The position numbers were made by a program, and so were the translations under genes. Below are positions 1 to 13,652 of a stretch of 64,000 nucleotides of DNA, in pieces. Below the pieces are notes generated by a model that saw only the letters and a list, made by a program, of their open reading frames with translations, was not told where the DNA came from and did not search any database. How positions within the stretch are numbered: the first letter of the stretch is position 1; the number at the start of each line of letters is the position of its first letter. The stretch comes from Podarcis cretensis (taxonomy: Eukaryota): positions 58,528,001-58,592,000 of the forward strand of contig OX638149.1 of the NCBI GenBank assembly GCA_951804945.1. Reading direction: 5' to 3'.

Positions 1-870
1 GGTCGGGGTTCTTCCGTGAGCTGTCCGTTCCAAGGTCACCTGCACATTTCCTGAGGATTGACTTTGCTGCTCGTCTTCATATACCTGATCGACTGTAATG
101 AGGGAGAGATCCTCAAATGGAGTCTGTTCTTCATCTTCCATGCTAGGGGAGAGGACCTCAAAGCGATTGTGTATTTCTAAACAATCAGAGCGAACCCTGA
201 GCCTCCTACTTCTTTGAGTCACGTTTCTCCATATATCTGGCTCCTGTGTTGGTGAACTAGCCTCCTTCTCAGGGGAGTCCCTGTCTCCTCCTTGGTGGAG
301 ACGGTGTGCTCTGTTGCTTCCAAGAAGAGCTCCAGCTCTCTAATTCTTTGGAGCGTAGCTACATGTTCCTCCAGTTGCTGGACTTGTCTTCTAAGAGGGC
401 AATCAACATGCAATTGCTGCAGGTAAAGCTGCCTGCAACCTTAGGCAAGATGGCAAACATTGCGCAGGAACCACAGGCGACTGCAGCTGTTCCCTCACCC
501 TCCATCTTGAGAACGTGTCGTTGGGGATGGCTACGGCAGTCCTCCATCATAAAAAGCGTGAAGACAGGACAAATAACTCCCCCCCCAAAAAACCTAGGTC
601 TCCCCAACAAATGTTTGAGACTAGCTCCCCTAAATCTAAAAGATGGATCAAACTGTACGCGCCACTAGGCACGCGCCACTGCCCTGCAAGCTCTGATAAG
701 CTCCTCCCACAGCTAATCACCTGCCTCAACCGAAACCCTGCCCCCTCTGACCTTTGCACAGGGAGAGTAGCTAATCAGCCACAAAGAAACACACACACAA
801 GAAAACCCTTTTTGCTCCTTCTTCAGCTGCTGCCCTGAAAGTTCTGATCCCCTGCAAGCTCTGATAAGCT
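1..870 (-). mobile_element. CR1-clade LINE, 5' end (5' UTR plus frameshifted ORF1 start), continuing off the left edge
   Basis: From ATG at 505 on the minus strand: MEGEGTAAVACGSCAMFAILPKVAGSFTCSNCMLIALLEDK/VQQLEEHVATLQRIRELELFLE.../WRNVTQRSRR...LEIHNRFEVL. The CxxC...CxxC finger, leucine zipper and NRFxxL motif are typical of CR1 ORF1. Two frameshifts (~378, ~262). Confidence 0.8.
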
Positions 871-2581
871 GACTAGCAATTCAGCACCACAACAACCGTG
901 CTGGTAGGCTGGCCATCATTGTATCTTCTCCGCCATGTCTGGACCACACAGCCTAGCATTTCATACAGGGATAGCTCCGGGGATGAGAAGGCTGTACGCA
1001 AAGTGGCATCTAGATTCTCCTCAGTCGGTCAGCCCTATCAGGCCTGCTTGGTGGCTGCAGCACTCTGGTCAGTACTGGAAGCAGGGTCAAGTGCCATTGT
1101 AGGAAATTAATATGTCAGTGAAATACAACCATCCATGATGCAAAGAGCGTCAAGCTATTTTTTTTAAAAAAATATATATATATATATGTGGGGCTCAGGG
1201 CAAGTGGCAGCAGTAGGCCCTGCTGGAGCACTGGGGTCTTAGCAGTTTCCCAGTGCTGGGTACCCAGCAAGTATAGATACCCACCCTGAATTCATAGGTC
1301 CTGGCTCACTCCCCACTTGCTATATATCTATGTATTATAAGATCTCTATCCAATCAATCGATCGATCATTAGATAGAAAGTCAATAATATATACCTTGTG
1401 TGCAGATCCCTCTAAAGTCCAGTAGTTTAACCTATGCATGTTTCACTAGACATATATGTCATTTGAAACACAGAAGCTCTCGTGGAGTAAGTGAATGGGC
1501 TAAACAAGTAATCTCAGTATTTATCTTGGCTTTAGTTGAGCTAGCAGAGGGGGGAGCATTTGGATAAGTTTCTATTCTGCAGCTAAGAATCTCCTGGCAG
1601 CATCTATGAGAAGCACAGACAACAGCAGCCAAGGAAAGAACAGTGGAAACATGCTTAAATCCCATGTAATAAAATGCAGATGTATGAGAAGAATCTTGAG
1701 CAGTCGTTACTTCATAGTTCATATTTATTCCAAGTCACTGCAAGGAATGGCTACCCCTGGAAATGAGGCCTTCCTCTTATGTTTTGCTGTCCTTATTAAT
1801 GGATCTGAACTGTTCACACATGGATCTAAGATTCACCAGAATGCTGGAGTGCTAGAAGTCAAGGTCATTTGGGCAAATACAGTACTGTATTTGTCTTTTT
1901 CTTGGTAGGCCAAGGCAGAACTTCAATACTTGAGCCATCTGGTGCTACAGCTCACATACTCAATGCAGTGGACCTCACCAAGTTCCTAATCAAGACTTGA
2001 ACTTGATCAGCATTTTCAACTTTCACATCGCATCACATATTCCACATTGGAGCACATTCTCGTTCCAAAATTGTATAAAATAGCTGCATTGTTTTTGATA
2101 CTGATGATAAAAGGATAGATAAACAATTGTGTTTTTCATGTTGCACAAATAGTTTTAACTCATCTGTCCATGATGGTCAGTCTTAGGGATGAAAAACCTT
2201 TTCTCATTAGTTTATTCATCTTCTCCAAGGCATATGCTCAAAGTCCACTATTTTACCCAAAGTGTATCAGTTTCCTTGTGAAACCTTACCATTTAACTGG
2301 AGACAATTTACAGCAGACAAGTTTCTTCTAACTATGATATAAACATATCTGGCATAGGAGATGTGGTGAAATGAAGAAGGAACAGGCTTAGAGTTCATTT
2401 GCTTTGCAGATTGCAACCCTCGTCTCCAATGTATGTTTTCCCCATCAGTATTAAGATGGGATAATGGCCATTTCTTCTTTTTTGTTGGCAATAGCAATGA
2501 GTGCACTCATAGAAGTTACGCTTTTTATCTTTATTTCCTTCCATGTTGATTTATATTAAAATCAACATAGTGGAGCACAAC

Positions 2582-3120
2582 CTTGCTTTTGTTTCTTGAT
2601 CTCTGTGGCTTCTGTTACCATTGACTATGTTATCCTCCTGACCCCATGGAATGGAAATTGTGGCCCTTGTGTTACAGTAGTTCTGTTCCTATCTAAGGGA
2701 CCAAGTCCAGAGAGTAGCACTAGGGGAGTGCTTTTTGGGCCCCAGGCAGTTACTACCCCCAATTCTGTTTAGTATCTGCATGAAGGTGCTGAGAATTGTC
2801 ATCAGGAGTTTGGAGCAAGGTGCCATCAGTATGGTGATGACACTCCACTCTATTTCATCACAACTTCTGGATCAGGAGAGACAGGGTGCAATGTTGGGAT
2901 GGATGAGGGGAAATTGGCAGGGCTTGAATCCTGGTGAGATGGGTGGGTGAGGGGTCCCATGTTCAAGAAATTGATCAGTTGTGTGCCCTGAACACGGTTG
3001 CAATTGCCCTGAAGGAGCAGATATGCAGTTTGGTAGTGGTTTTGGATTCTTCTCTGTCACTGGAGGCCCAGGTAGCCTCAGTGGCTAGAATTGCCTTATA
3101 GCAACCAGCCATTGACCTAC
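2582..3120 (+). mobile_element. Degenerate L2-clade LINE reverse transcriptase fragment
   Basis: Remnants of the LLDLSxAFDTIDH motif and HQYGDDTPLY (from HQYADDTQLY); many stops and indels. Boundaries approximate. Confidence 0.65.
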
Positions 3121-5597
3121 AATCCACCACATGTAACAAAATGTCCAAAATGTTCATAAACATGCCTGTTGCAGCTGAACTAGAGCTCAATGCTTCATCA
3201 GATTCTGGGTAAATATAGACAACCATTTAGCAACCGATTGGTGTTCCTGAGAAGCAACCATCTAGAAAGGTTATTAAGAAAAAGTCTTCTTTGAAAGAAA
3301 AAGATGCCATTATTTATTGCCCCTGACAAATTTATTAAACCAAATATTGTTTTAATTATGAACACTTCAGGGTTGCTATTCTACCCTGGGTCCCCCCCCC
3401 ACGTATATTGTGCATACTTACTTGAAAGAAGTTTTGGGTTTTTTTAGCCCCGTGGGGCACATTAGTCCAGCTGAAATGCCCAGAAAAGCAGCCACAGTGT
3501 TTCTGTATCTTTTCTGCAATTCATGGACTTAATACAGTTTCTTTGGAGAATTGGACATTGAACCCCTAATAATAATAAAAGGTCACAGTGCAGTTGCAAC
3601 TAATACAAGATTCTGAACGAAAGAATTTTGATACAATGGTTCTAAAATCAAAGAATCCTCTTTCAAAATGCAGGCTGATTAAAACAAGACAGATGTCCAG
3701 GAAAACAATGATGTGTTAATTGTGCAACAGTACATACAAAATGAAGATGGCGCTGACAGAAATGAATCCACATTTTACAAAGCATATGGGGGGGGGCAGC
3801 TTGCTTAGGCTAAATGTTGTCACATATGCATTTGGAAATTGTGAAGAGTGTACTGTGTGACTTTATTTCCATGATGATAAACTTCCCACCAAGCCATGTT
3901 GCTGGACACTCATGGAGAAGTGATTCAGTGCCCCTTGAATTAGAACAGAGATCTGAATATGGATTTTCTGATTCTCAATAAACTTCTGCAGAAAGGGTCA
4001 AGTTGCTAGGCTTTAGGGAGTTGAACATCATAGAAATAAAGTCACAAGATAGTCTTCACATTTTCCAAATGCAAACTTCTTTTGTGTGAAAGCATGTTTT
4101 TCTTCACGTCCAAGCTGTTTCGTGGAGGGCAGACAGTCATCATTATCCTGCTCAAATCCTGGTGATTCTTATCTCATGAGTTGCACAATGGAAAATAACA
4201 ACCTTGACATGAATATACAAACAAAAACTGATTTGTCTTTGATGTCGACTTATGCTTCATCTCCTTCCTTTTATGCAGACATTTCTTGTATTCAAGGTGT
4301 TTTGTTTTCTTATGTATGGTGTGGAGAAGGTGGCTAGAGAAAAGTTGTTCTCTTTCTTTCATAGTTCTAGATCTGGAAGCTGAATGCTGGAAAAGTCAGG
4401 AACCACAATCCTTGTCTTTGTGGGTAGTATGAAGCAGTCTCTTTCCCATCCATGTTCATCCTTGGGAATTGGTATTTAGGCAACACGTTTTCTGTTGAAC
4501 CTCAGTTAATGTGAAGCAGCTCTGACGCAGCAATGTTCAGATGTGTTGGCCGACAGAGACACAGAGATGCAATCTATAATAAGTTAAGCCTGAGCTGTAA
4601 ACAACTCGTGAAATACTTCAGTTATCACATAAAGTAGAATTGTTGGGAGCGCAAGCCTTATGCTTGATTTTGAGGCTCATTAAAAGTTTTTGGTCTCATT
4701 AAAGTACATATTTCAATCTCATTAAAAAGTTAACGTTTGGGGCTGGCAGCTGTGATGAGGCAGATGGCACCATAAAAAGAAAAAAGAGAAGAGAAGGCTA
4801 TACCTCAGATTCTGAAGAACGTGGTTAAAGAGCTACTTTGAATCATGCCAAGCTGGCTCCACATCACTCAAGCAGGAAGTCTTTAGCTTCAATGCAGTAG
4901 CTGAATTGAAAGACTTAGGAATTGGGAGAACTCCGGAAGAGAAGCACTGCTCTCGCCCAACTCTATACATTCTTCTGATTCTTTCTGGCTTTCTGAACAG
5001 TAGTTCCTTTTTCTTTTCTTCAGTGAACATTATCTCTGGTTGTTTGCTGTGGAGATCCGATTTGTTCAGTCCCTCCAATGTTTCCATTTGCTTTTCCAAA
5101 CTGATTTCTGTCAGTGTTTATATAGGCATGTTCATTTCCCCCCTCCAATTTTTCTCATTTTAAGAAATTTCCCCCGATTTCTTGTATTTGATTTTTTTAG
5201 ATCAGTGGCAAGTGGTGTCTGCCACTGTCCTCAGATATCAGTGTCCTCTAAGTCCCTCCAGCCAGAATGGCCAATGATGAGAGTTGTAATCTAAGAACAT
5301 CTTCTGGGCCAGAGGTTCAACACTCCTATTTAGATTTTAAACACATGGAGAAGACCTTAGTTTTCAGTTTCTGTGCAGAATATAGTTGTGTTAGGCATAT
5401 AATAAGTAAGAATATTTTAGCTCCTGTATTTACTATTTTAGCTTCCAAGGAAGGAAACCTACAAATAATTTTGTAACACTAAGAAGTCATGGTGAACAAC
5501 ATGATAGTAAACTGGTTGATTTCTCCTTTGTGACAACATAAAGTCTTGCATACTCCAACCTTACAGTGTCTTAATTTCCCCTGCTTCTTTTATTTAG

Positions 5598-5737
5598 TGC
5601 CAACAACATGCCAAAGCAGGTAGAAGTGCGAATGCATGAAAGCCACCTGAGTCCAGTGGAGGCTCGGAAGAAGAACATATGTGTGCGGCTCTGCCTTTCG
5701 CTCAGAAAAAATCTGCTCCTTTCACTTACTGTATTTG
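5598..5737 (+). CDS. SLC1A2: SLC1A2 exon 2 ([16 protein letters not shown]...LLLSLTVFG)
   Basis: tttag acceptor, GTAAGT donor, 140 bp; peptide matches the EAAT2 N-terminus. Not in the ORF track in this frame. Confidence 0.96.
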
Positions 5738-5809
5738 GTAAGTAAAATTCTCTGGTTCATGAAGGTAATTCTTTTTTGCAGCTGGATTGTTTCCTCTTAT
5801 AATCCTATA

Positions 5810-6023
5810 CAGTGGTACCTCGGGTTACAGATGCTTCAGGTTACAAACAGTTCAGGTTACAGACTCCGCTTACCCAGAAGTAGTATCTCAGATTAAGAAC
5901 TTTGCCCCAGGATGAGAACAGAAATCGTGTGGCGGCAGCAGGAGGCCCCATTAGCTAAAGTGGTACCTCAGGTTAAGAACGGACCTGTGGAATGAATTAA
6001 GTTCGTAACTAGAGGTACCACTG
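5810..6023 (+). mobile_element. Non-autonomous Tc1/mariner-superfamily (Tigger/pogo-like) MITE
   Basis: TIR CAGTGGTACCTC...GAGGTACCACTG with TA target duplication; three more copies in the window. Confidence 0.85.
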
Positions 6024-6045
6024 TACCTCCCTTTCTGTTATCGTT

Positions 6046-6440
6046 ACAGTGGTGCAGCCAGCAGCGGAGCAAGGCGATTGAGTGTCTGGGGCTGCACATG
6101 TATCCTGCACCCAGGGGCATGGCCAGCTGCCTGTGGGGCAGGGCAAGCCGGGGCAGGACGCTCTGCGGGGCCTCTGGAGTCTGCCTGCCTCCTCCCACTC
6201 AGCCGCCCTATAGCTGAGGGGGAGGCAGTGGGTGGACCGTTTGAGCAGCGTTGGAGCCTGCGCATGCCCAAGCCACCATGTCTCTCCCAGGGGAGATGCG
6301 TGGCTCGGGCACGCTGCAGGCCCCACGGTGAGTGCCACCCGGCATTTTGTCACCGCCCTTAGTGGTGACACTTGGGGCAGACCACCTCCACCGCACCCCC
6401 TTCCTCTGCCCCTGGGCGCAGCTAGTTAATTTTGGACCCT
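6046..6440. mobile_element. GC-rich interspersed element, probably a non-autonomous DNA transposon
   Basis: Abrupt GC/CpG-rich block in an AT-rich intron next to a MITE; family not identified. Confidence 0.35.
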
Positions 6441-8980
6441 GGATGTTATGGTCTTTCAGGGTGGGAGCTTTAGATGGCTATGTGTATTACTTCAGTTGTG
6501 AAGCACACCATTAGCATTTCTCTTTTCCTCTCTACTCCCACACCTCTGGTCCATGCTTGTAACAGATGTAGAAGCAGTTACATTAGAGCCAAAAATAATT
6601 GGGGGGAGGGAGCAAAAAAAAGAAAAAGAAAGAAAAAAGAAAAAGTTGGCAAGCCTGGTAAAAAGAAAGAAAGAAAGAAATATTCTGAGTGTGTGCAGTT
6701 TCAGTTTTTTAATTCACATAAATCTTAGCACCATTGTGACTAATGAAATAAAATGAGATTTACTGTACTTCTGATGCATTTATTTGGGAATAAACATCAT
6801 TTTGTGGTAGAAAATCAGGACTATTCCAGTCATAAGGCAGAATAAGACAATTTTCTCCAGTGGTGGGTTTCTCTGGGATGCTTGCTTCCCATATTATTAC
6901 CCGCAACACAAGACAAGGCTCTCCTCCAACACTGTCAATTCCATATTCTCCTTCCTGCCTCACATCACTTTGCGAAAGGACAGAGAATAGGTCCTTCTTC
7001 AGAACTGAGGCATTCTGGGTGAGATGGCTAGGGGAATGTTTGCACTGCTACCATAGTTTGGTAGATTTCCTTAATATATATACATATAAAAACACAAATT
7101 CAGAGGTTACAACGCTACCTGCTGCAGCAGACTAGGATGGCATTAGAAGGCTTTTGCCCAGAAGGCCAGACTCTGAAAAAGAATCCCCACCTGTTATGGT
7201 AGCAGGAGCTGTTGAGTTGCTAGCTCAACAATTTAGTTGAATCCATACCATGGTTTCTAAGTGCCTCATGGACATGGCTGGAAGGGATGTTTGGTGGAGA
7301 GAGAATGAATACTATCGAAACTGAGTGTATATGGGGTATGAAAGAAGGATGTCAATCTTTACCTCCGTTAGTAAGAGATGGAGAGGAGATGCAGATGATT
7401 GCTGGGAGGGTAGCCTGCCACAAGCAAGAGATTTGGTTACCATCCAATGCATTCAAGTTAATTATGGTGGACCTCTGTGGAATGCTTTTTTTTTTAATGG
7501 CAATCTCCCCTACACCCCATTTTATCACTGTGTTAGGTATTATTCTCCCTGCTGTTCAGTTTTAAGCTGTTAAATTAGGGTAGTTTATTTGTATTGTTTA
7601 TGCAAAGACTGATTTATTTATTACTGTTACTTATTATTAGTTCCTGAATCATTGTTTTCTAATTATTTCTGTTTAAAAAAATTGTTACATTTGTTCATCT
7701 GATATCTTGTGAGCCACATTGGGAACAATTTTGTAGGAAAGTGGCATACAGTAAGACCAGTGATGGTGATGATTAAGTGTCCCAGGGCCAAGACAGGATT
7801 GGAGATTGGCTGCCTTCTCACTCTCATAGGCCACCAGCTTAACATCACAGCCTAGATGAGCAGCCCTGGAAATACAGGGTGGAATTCAGCATTGTGCTAA
7901 GGAGATCAACACAAACATTTTTACTTGCCCAATGGAGTTATCTGCCCTCTCCTCCCTCTGCATGTTGATCAAAGCATTCTTCTAACCCTCCTAAGCAGAT
8001 TTGGGGTGGGTACAGGGGAACTCATGGTGCTGGCTTTTGCTAGCCCAACAACTTAGTTGAATTTGGCCCATTGATAGAAATGTAAATCCCTGTCCTTGTT
8101 TCAGAGGAATCCTATAGTGGAACAGGCCATGCTGGGCATCAAAATTCAAATAATTTTACTGTTCTCTAGGAAATTCAATTTAGTTCGTTTCACCAGGGCT
8201 GAATATGGAGGCAAGGGAGAGATCTCTCTCCTGTCAGGAGAAAGGAGGAAGAAAAGAAATTTATCCCTGGTCTTTCCTCCCCTTACAAGCCTCTGATACT
8301 TTTTAGCTCACTCTTTTGCTGTGCACTAGGGACTAGGCCAGTGATACAGTGATCTAGTTTTCTCAATTGCCTTCTGGGTATCGCAGCTTCCAAATATGGA
8401 GCAGTTTGACATTTTAGTGTGGTTCACTGGCTTCATGCCCAGGCTTACTAGATTGTTTTTTCTTTTTTCTTTTAATGTTACAGTACAGTGAGTCTAACAG
8501 CCAAATGCATGGCCTTCACAGAGCCTGCCTTTATTCACTTCAGCTTGAATGGACAGCTGTGCTGTTAGAAGAGAAGGCTATGTAGATAGCCTGAACTAAA
8601 TATATTCCTGTCCTGAAAGATTTTGAAATGGTGTATTTATTTTGACATCAGCTCTTGGCTCAGATTGATAGTTGTGAGATATCTGTGAGCCTTTCCCAGC
8701 AGGATCCCACAACAATTATTTTTGGTTAGATTAAAGCTGCACCCTGGGAAATCTACACACCACTCTAATGATGGATAGCCCTGTTGTGGAGGCTGCTACA
8801 TTTTGAGCCTGTGAAGGAGGGGTATAGAAATAACAGGCACAAAATTCAGTTTTTCAGAAATTGACTGAGGGTGCATGAGTTTGCTACCTTATTGAAGCTA
8901 AGGGTGCTGCCAGGTGGAGTTGTGACTGTATATGTGAGATCAGTGCTCCTCATGCATGCATGAGTTACTGATATCACAAT

Positions 8981-9164
8981 AAAAAATTTAAAAATTGTCC
9001 AATAGCACCTTAGAGACCAAGTAAGTTTGTTCTGGGTATAAGCTTTTGTGTGGGTGCATACACATGAAAGCTCCATACCCAGAACAAACTTAGTTGGTCT
9101 CTAAGGTGCTACTGGACAAAAAAAAATTCTGACTGCATCAGACCAAATGGCTACCTACCTGAAT
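8981..9164. mobile_element. Palindromic Penelope-like element fragment with 13-bp TSD
   Basis: CTGATATCACAAT at 8968-8980 and 9165-9177; near-perfect inverted arms between 8995 and 9119. Family assignment is by recognition only. Confidence 0.65.
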
Positions 9165-9249
9165 CTGATATCACAATGACAGCCCATGTTTTTCCTCATT
9201 TCATTCAGATTTAACCATCTTCTCTATACAAAATCCAATAATATTCGAG

Positions 9250-9755
9250 GGAGCTTGCCTCATACCAAGTCTGACAATTGATCTATATAACTCAGTACTG
9301 TCAACTTGGGGATGCGGGTGGCACTGTGGGTTAAACCACAGAGCCTAGGACTTGCCAATCAGAAGGTCAGTGGTTCGAATCCCCACGACGGGGTGAGCTC
9401 CTGTTGCTCGGTCCCTGCTCCTGCCAACCTAGCAGTTTGAAAGCACGTCAAAGTGCAAGTAGATAAATAGGTACCACTCCGGTGGGAAGGTAAACGGCGT
9501 TTCCGTGCGCTGCTCTGGTTCACCAGAAGCGGCTTAGTCATGCTGGCCACATGACCCGGAAGCTGTACACCGGCTCCCTCGGCCATTAAAGCAAGATGAG
9601 CGCCACAACCCCAGAGTCTGCCATGACTGGACCTAATGGTCAGGGGTCCCTTTACCAACTACTCTGGCTGACAGTGGCTCTCCACCATTCCCAGCCCTAC
9701 CTGGAAATGTTAGGGATTGAACTTGGGACAATGATCTTCCACTGAGCTACAATTC
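9250..9755 (-). mobile_element. Squam3-type tRNA-derived SINE interrupted by a Sauria SINE
   Basis: Segments 9250-9308 and 9657-9755 are reverse-complement similar to the SINE at 61824-62014. Confidence 0.6.
9309..9656 (+). mobile_element. Sauria SINE (Squam1)
   Basis: GGGATGCGGGTGGCACTGTGGGTTAAACC head, B-box GGTTCGAATCC, CCTTTACC tail. Confidence 0.9.
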
Positions 9756-9851
9756 TTTCTCCAACTCAATGTTCTGGTCACTGCTAGACTCTGGGGCCAT
9801 GGCACCCCCACTCATCTCCTCTTCATTTCAATGTCCTCTGAGCAATAACAC

Positions 9852-10032
9852 AGGAGGCTGGGAATGAGCCGGGCCATTGGTCCATCTAGCTCAATATTGT
9901 TTATACTAACAGGCAGCAGCTCTTCAAGATGTCAGGTGGAGTCTCTCCCAGTTCCTATCTGGAGACAGCAGGGACTTAAACTGAGACCTTTTGAATGCAA
10001 AGATACCCTGCCACTGAGCTAAGGCTCTTCCC
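9852..10032 (-). mobile_element. Squam3-type SINE
   Basis: CCATTGGTCCATCTAGCTCAATATTG...GCCACTGAGCT, reverse-similar to 61824-62014. Confidence 0.65.
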
Positions 10033-10482
10033 ATCTGGTATTTTCTCATTCACCCCTATTGGAACCATGGCCTAGGAATGGGTATTGCTTTTATTTATGA
10101 CCGTCATTTTCCCTACTGCTGTGTAAAATCCCTAGAAAATATACATTTTCTGGAAGTCCTCTGTGTATATAGTTAGTTCCTGGGTCAAGGGGAAGTAATT
10201 GAAGAGGGAGCTTCCTGTAGAGGTAAGTGAAAGCAGGAAGCCAGGGTCTCCCTGGCTGGAAAAGAAAAAGCTGTTCATGTGACCTTTCATCTCAGATAGC
10301 TCCCTTTTTCCTCAGCTCATATAAATAGACACTGCTGGTTGCTATACAACCTTCTGGTTTAGCCACATTGGAATGCTTGCCATTATGGTTGGACAGAATA
10401 ATATAAATAGCTATTAGGAGGAAGATGGAATTGGTAATTTTAGGAGGACACTGAAGGCTGAACACCTACCCAGTCACGCAGT

Positions 10483-10550
10483 GCAATCCTATATGTCCAC
10501 CCAGAAATAAGCTCCACTGTGTTCAGTTTTCCAGCTGTATATAGGATTGC
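10483..10550. mobile_element. Short palindromic MITE-like repeat
   Basis: Termini GCAATCCTATAT...ATATAGGATTGC; related copies near 39153-39240 and 42321-42725. Confidence 0.55.
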
Positions 10551-11179
10551 TTTATCCTCAAGTATCTGGAGGTGATTTCTCTGAGGTGGTCAGAAGTGAC
10601 TGGTGTCAGTCCTTGGGACTGTTAGGATGGAAGGCAGGGAGACCAATAGTAGGTGGAGCCAGAACCAATAAAAGACAGTCAACTGATTGTAATTTTATCC
10701 CTATACTCCTCACTGCGAATTTCTGGAGGAGAAAGCAGGGTTAGCCAAAGTTGGACTACAAAACATCAGCCTCAACCAAAATGGCCATTGGAGAGGGATA
10801 GTGAGAGTCCACAACATTCAGGGTTAGCCAGGATTTATTGTTGGTGAGTGAAGCCTGCCTCCCTCAGGTCCGCCCGCCAAGCCATGCCCCCTTGAGGCCA
10901 CTGCGGATTAGCTCATTTGAATCAGTGGGCTTGACGGGGACCCGTGAGCCTCTGCAGAGGCCGAGGGGGACGTGCTGCACACAAAATGGACCGTTGCATC
11001 CGGGCAGCAAGGGAGGGAAGGCTGCAACCACCGCTCACCAAGGAGGATCGGTAAGCGGCCATTATTGGCATAGCTAGCTCTGGTCCAAAACTGTGTTTTG
11101 ACAGGATTATTCTATTATGTGGTGAATTGAAACTCAATTACTCAAATCCTTTCTTCTGTGCCCTCCCTTTCTTATCCAG

Positions 11180-11332
11180 GTGTCATCATGGGCGCATTGT
11201 GTGGGGCACTTCTTCGCATGGCAGCACCTATTAATCCTGATGTCATCATGTTGATAGCCTTCCCAGGAGATATCCTGATGCGGATGCTAAAAATGTTGAT
11301 TCTTCCTTTAATTATCTCAAGCTTAATCACAG
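11180..11332 (+). CDS. SLC1A2: SLC1A2 exon 3 (VIMGALCG...LIISSLITG)
   Basis: ccag acceptor, GTAAGA donor, 153 bp; [25 protein letters not shown] signature. Confidence 0.97.
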
Positions 11333-12000
11333 GTAAGATCTGTTCTAAACAATTAGAAGGTTAATCTTTTGTGAGAGATTAAGACCTATAGAGTCATGTT
11401 CACAGCTTTATACACTCTCATAACAGTGTGTGTGTTCTTCATATTAATGTACCGGCATTAGCCTTGAAAATTGTCTCCAAAGCACCACTAAGTAACTCCT
11501 TGTGCAAGAGGAACAACTTCTGCTTGTGCAACTGGACTTTCTCCTTCCCCTCACTCTGTGCACTTGCTAAATCTTTTCTGATCTCCAGAGTTGGAAAAAA
11601 CTCCAAAGTCCGCAGTTGTGTACTACCTTTATTAAGATCAATTGAAAGGATTGCAAAATTTTGGCAAGCTTTTGAGTTTGCCGGAACACTTCATCAGGCA
11701 AGATGTTACACAAATATGTTACATCTAGACATCAGGGTTATAAGTCGGGATTTATTTTCTCAAGAAGAGTGAAAGCAGCCATTGATTCTTTATCCCAGAA
11801 TCTTCAGTGTGTAACCTTATGGATATAGTACCTGTGCGGGACTTACTCAGCTTGTGATCTCCATCTTAGAACTGTGTGCAAGCTGACCTCATGGTTTTAA
11901 TAGCCAGAGTAATTGTTCTACTTTGTTGTTGTTTTCCTCTTCCCATCGCTCCCTGCCTGATGTTTTCATATGCGTCCAAACTGCAGAACAACATCTTTAA

Positions 12001-12372
<372 letters not shown>

Positions 12373-13070
12373 TAAATTTAGCTTGTTTTATACTTATCAG
12401 TACAAAATAACAAATATCAGTGCTTCTACTGAGTTCCTCATTCTTTGCACTGTTCAGTTTGCATTGTAGTTTATTTTAGTGCTTCATTCTTGATAAAAAC
12501 ATTCTTCAGTTTTTTCTTTACTACTCCATATAGCTTCAGAATTTATTTTTGTTTCCCTGCAGCTTTAAAAGTCTGTCTTTTGTGTGGAAGGAGAGGAGAA
12601 GCACAGAAATACTTTTGATTTCCATGCCATTTGCCGAGCTTTTCAATTAAAGATTTTCCCTCAATGAACATGCGCTCTGAACTAATTTGCCTGGTTTTAA
12701 TTAAAGTCAGTTAAGCTTAATATGATTAGCTTTGATTGGATCCAGACCTGCCCTATCACTAGGCAGAGTGAGGCAGCCAATTCTGAGCATCGTGGAAGGG
12801 CAGCATATTGCTAATGATCTAATTTGTTATTATTGTGTTTGTATTGCCAGACTGGAGGTGAAGTGTTTGTGAGGGTTTTTTTCTGCCTTAGGTAGCTAAA
12901 TAACTTCACAGGTCTGGTGTACTTGGAGGGCAGGCAGGCCCAGTTGCTTCCCAGGAAGCAAAATGTCTTGGGCCATACATATCTGACCAGAGCATGCTTT
13001 ATATCTTACTCCACCCAGACATTTATTTTTCATGTATTTCAGTTAACAGGGCTGGGAATACGGTATATTC

Positions 13071-13652
13071 TTATTTTTTATTTTTATTTTTTTTAAAAAA
13101 TAATAATTTCATTTATAAAGAAATAAAGTGATAAGAGAAAAAGAAAAGAAGGGTTTGGAAAATAAAACTGCAGAAAGTACAGTGTAATACAATTAGTAAA
13201 ATCAATTACATTTCCACATATTGGTATATAGATATAAACAATATTATTATCTTACTACATATGTGGTTATTAATAGCCTACTGCATTCTGTATAAACTCA
13301 TAACAAATGTCAATATGTTCATCCACACAAAGCCTGTGTCTATAAGCAATCCGTTCATAAATTGTGAGTGTTGTCAGGTTGTCAATCCATTGATTAAAAG
13401 GGATCATATCTTTATTCTTCCAATTCATCACTATCAGTCCCTTAGCCAGCATTAGGGCACATGGAATCCATTTTTGTTGTCCCATTCTCTGCTTCCATGT
13501 AATAGGAATATAATTTAAAAGAATGTTCTCTGAATTTTTTTAACTTTTTCCGTACAATCATATTTATATAGTCCAGAAGTTAGTAATTATAGAACACTGT
13601 AAAGACATAAAGAGGCATTATCCTTATTTCATCTCCAGCAAATAACTACTTT
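13071..13652 (-). mobile_element. 5'-truncated L1-clade LINE (ORF2 C-terminus and A-rich tail)
   Basis: ORF 13270-13485 (AKGLIVMNWK...WIDNLTTLTIYERIAY) resembles the L1 ORF2 C-terminus; T-rich tract at ~13071-13095; AGGGCTGGG on both flanks. Confidence 0.65.

Noticed and set aside
1-5597. SLC1A2 exon 1 (MASTEG) or an alternative MVS first exon
   Set aside because: No matching exon with a donor was found; ATGGTCAG near 2173 is not followed by GT. Exon 1 is presumably far upstream.
5968-6514. Cluster of overlapping ORFs (also 15176-15697, 23152-23598, 30024-30380, 44963-45409)
   Set aside because: GC-rich repeat or chance ORFs with no recognisable protein and no splice context.
8995-9119. Hammerhead ribozyme in the Penelope-like fragment
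   Set aside because: GAAA is present but the CTGANGA core is missing.
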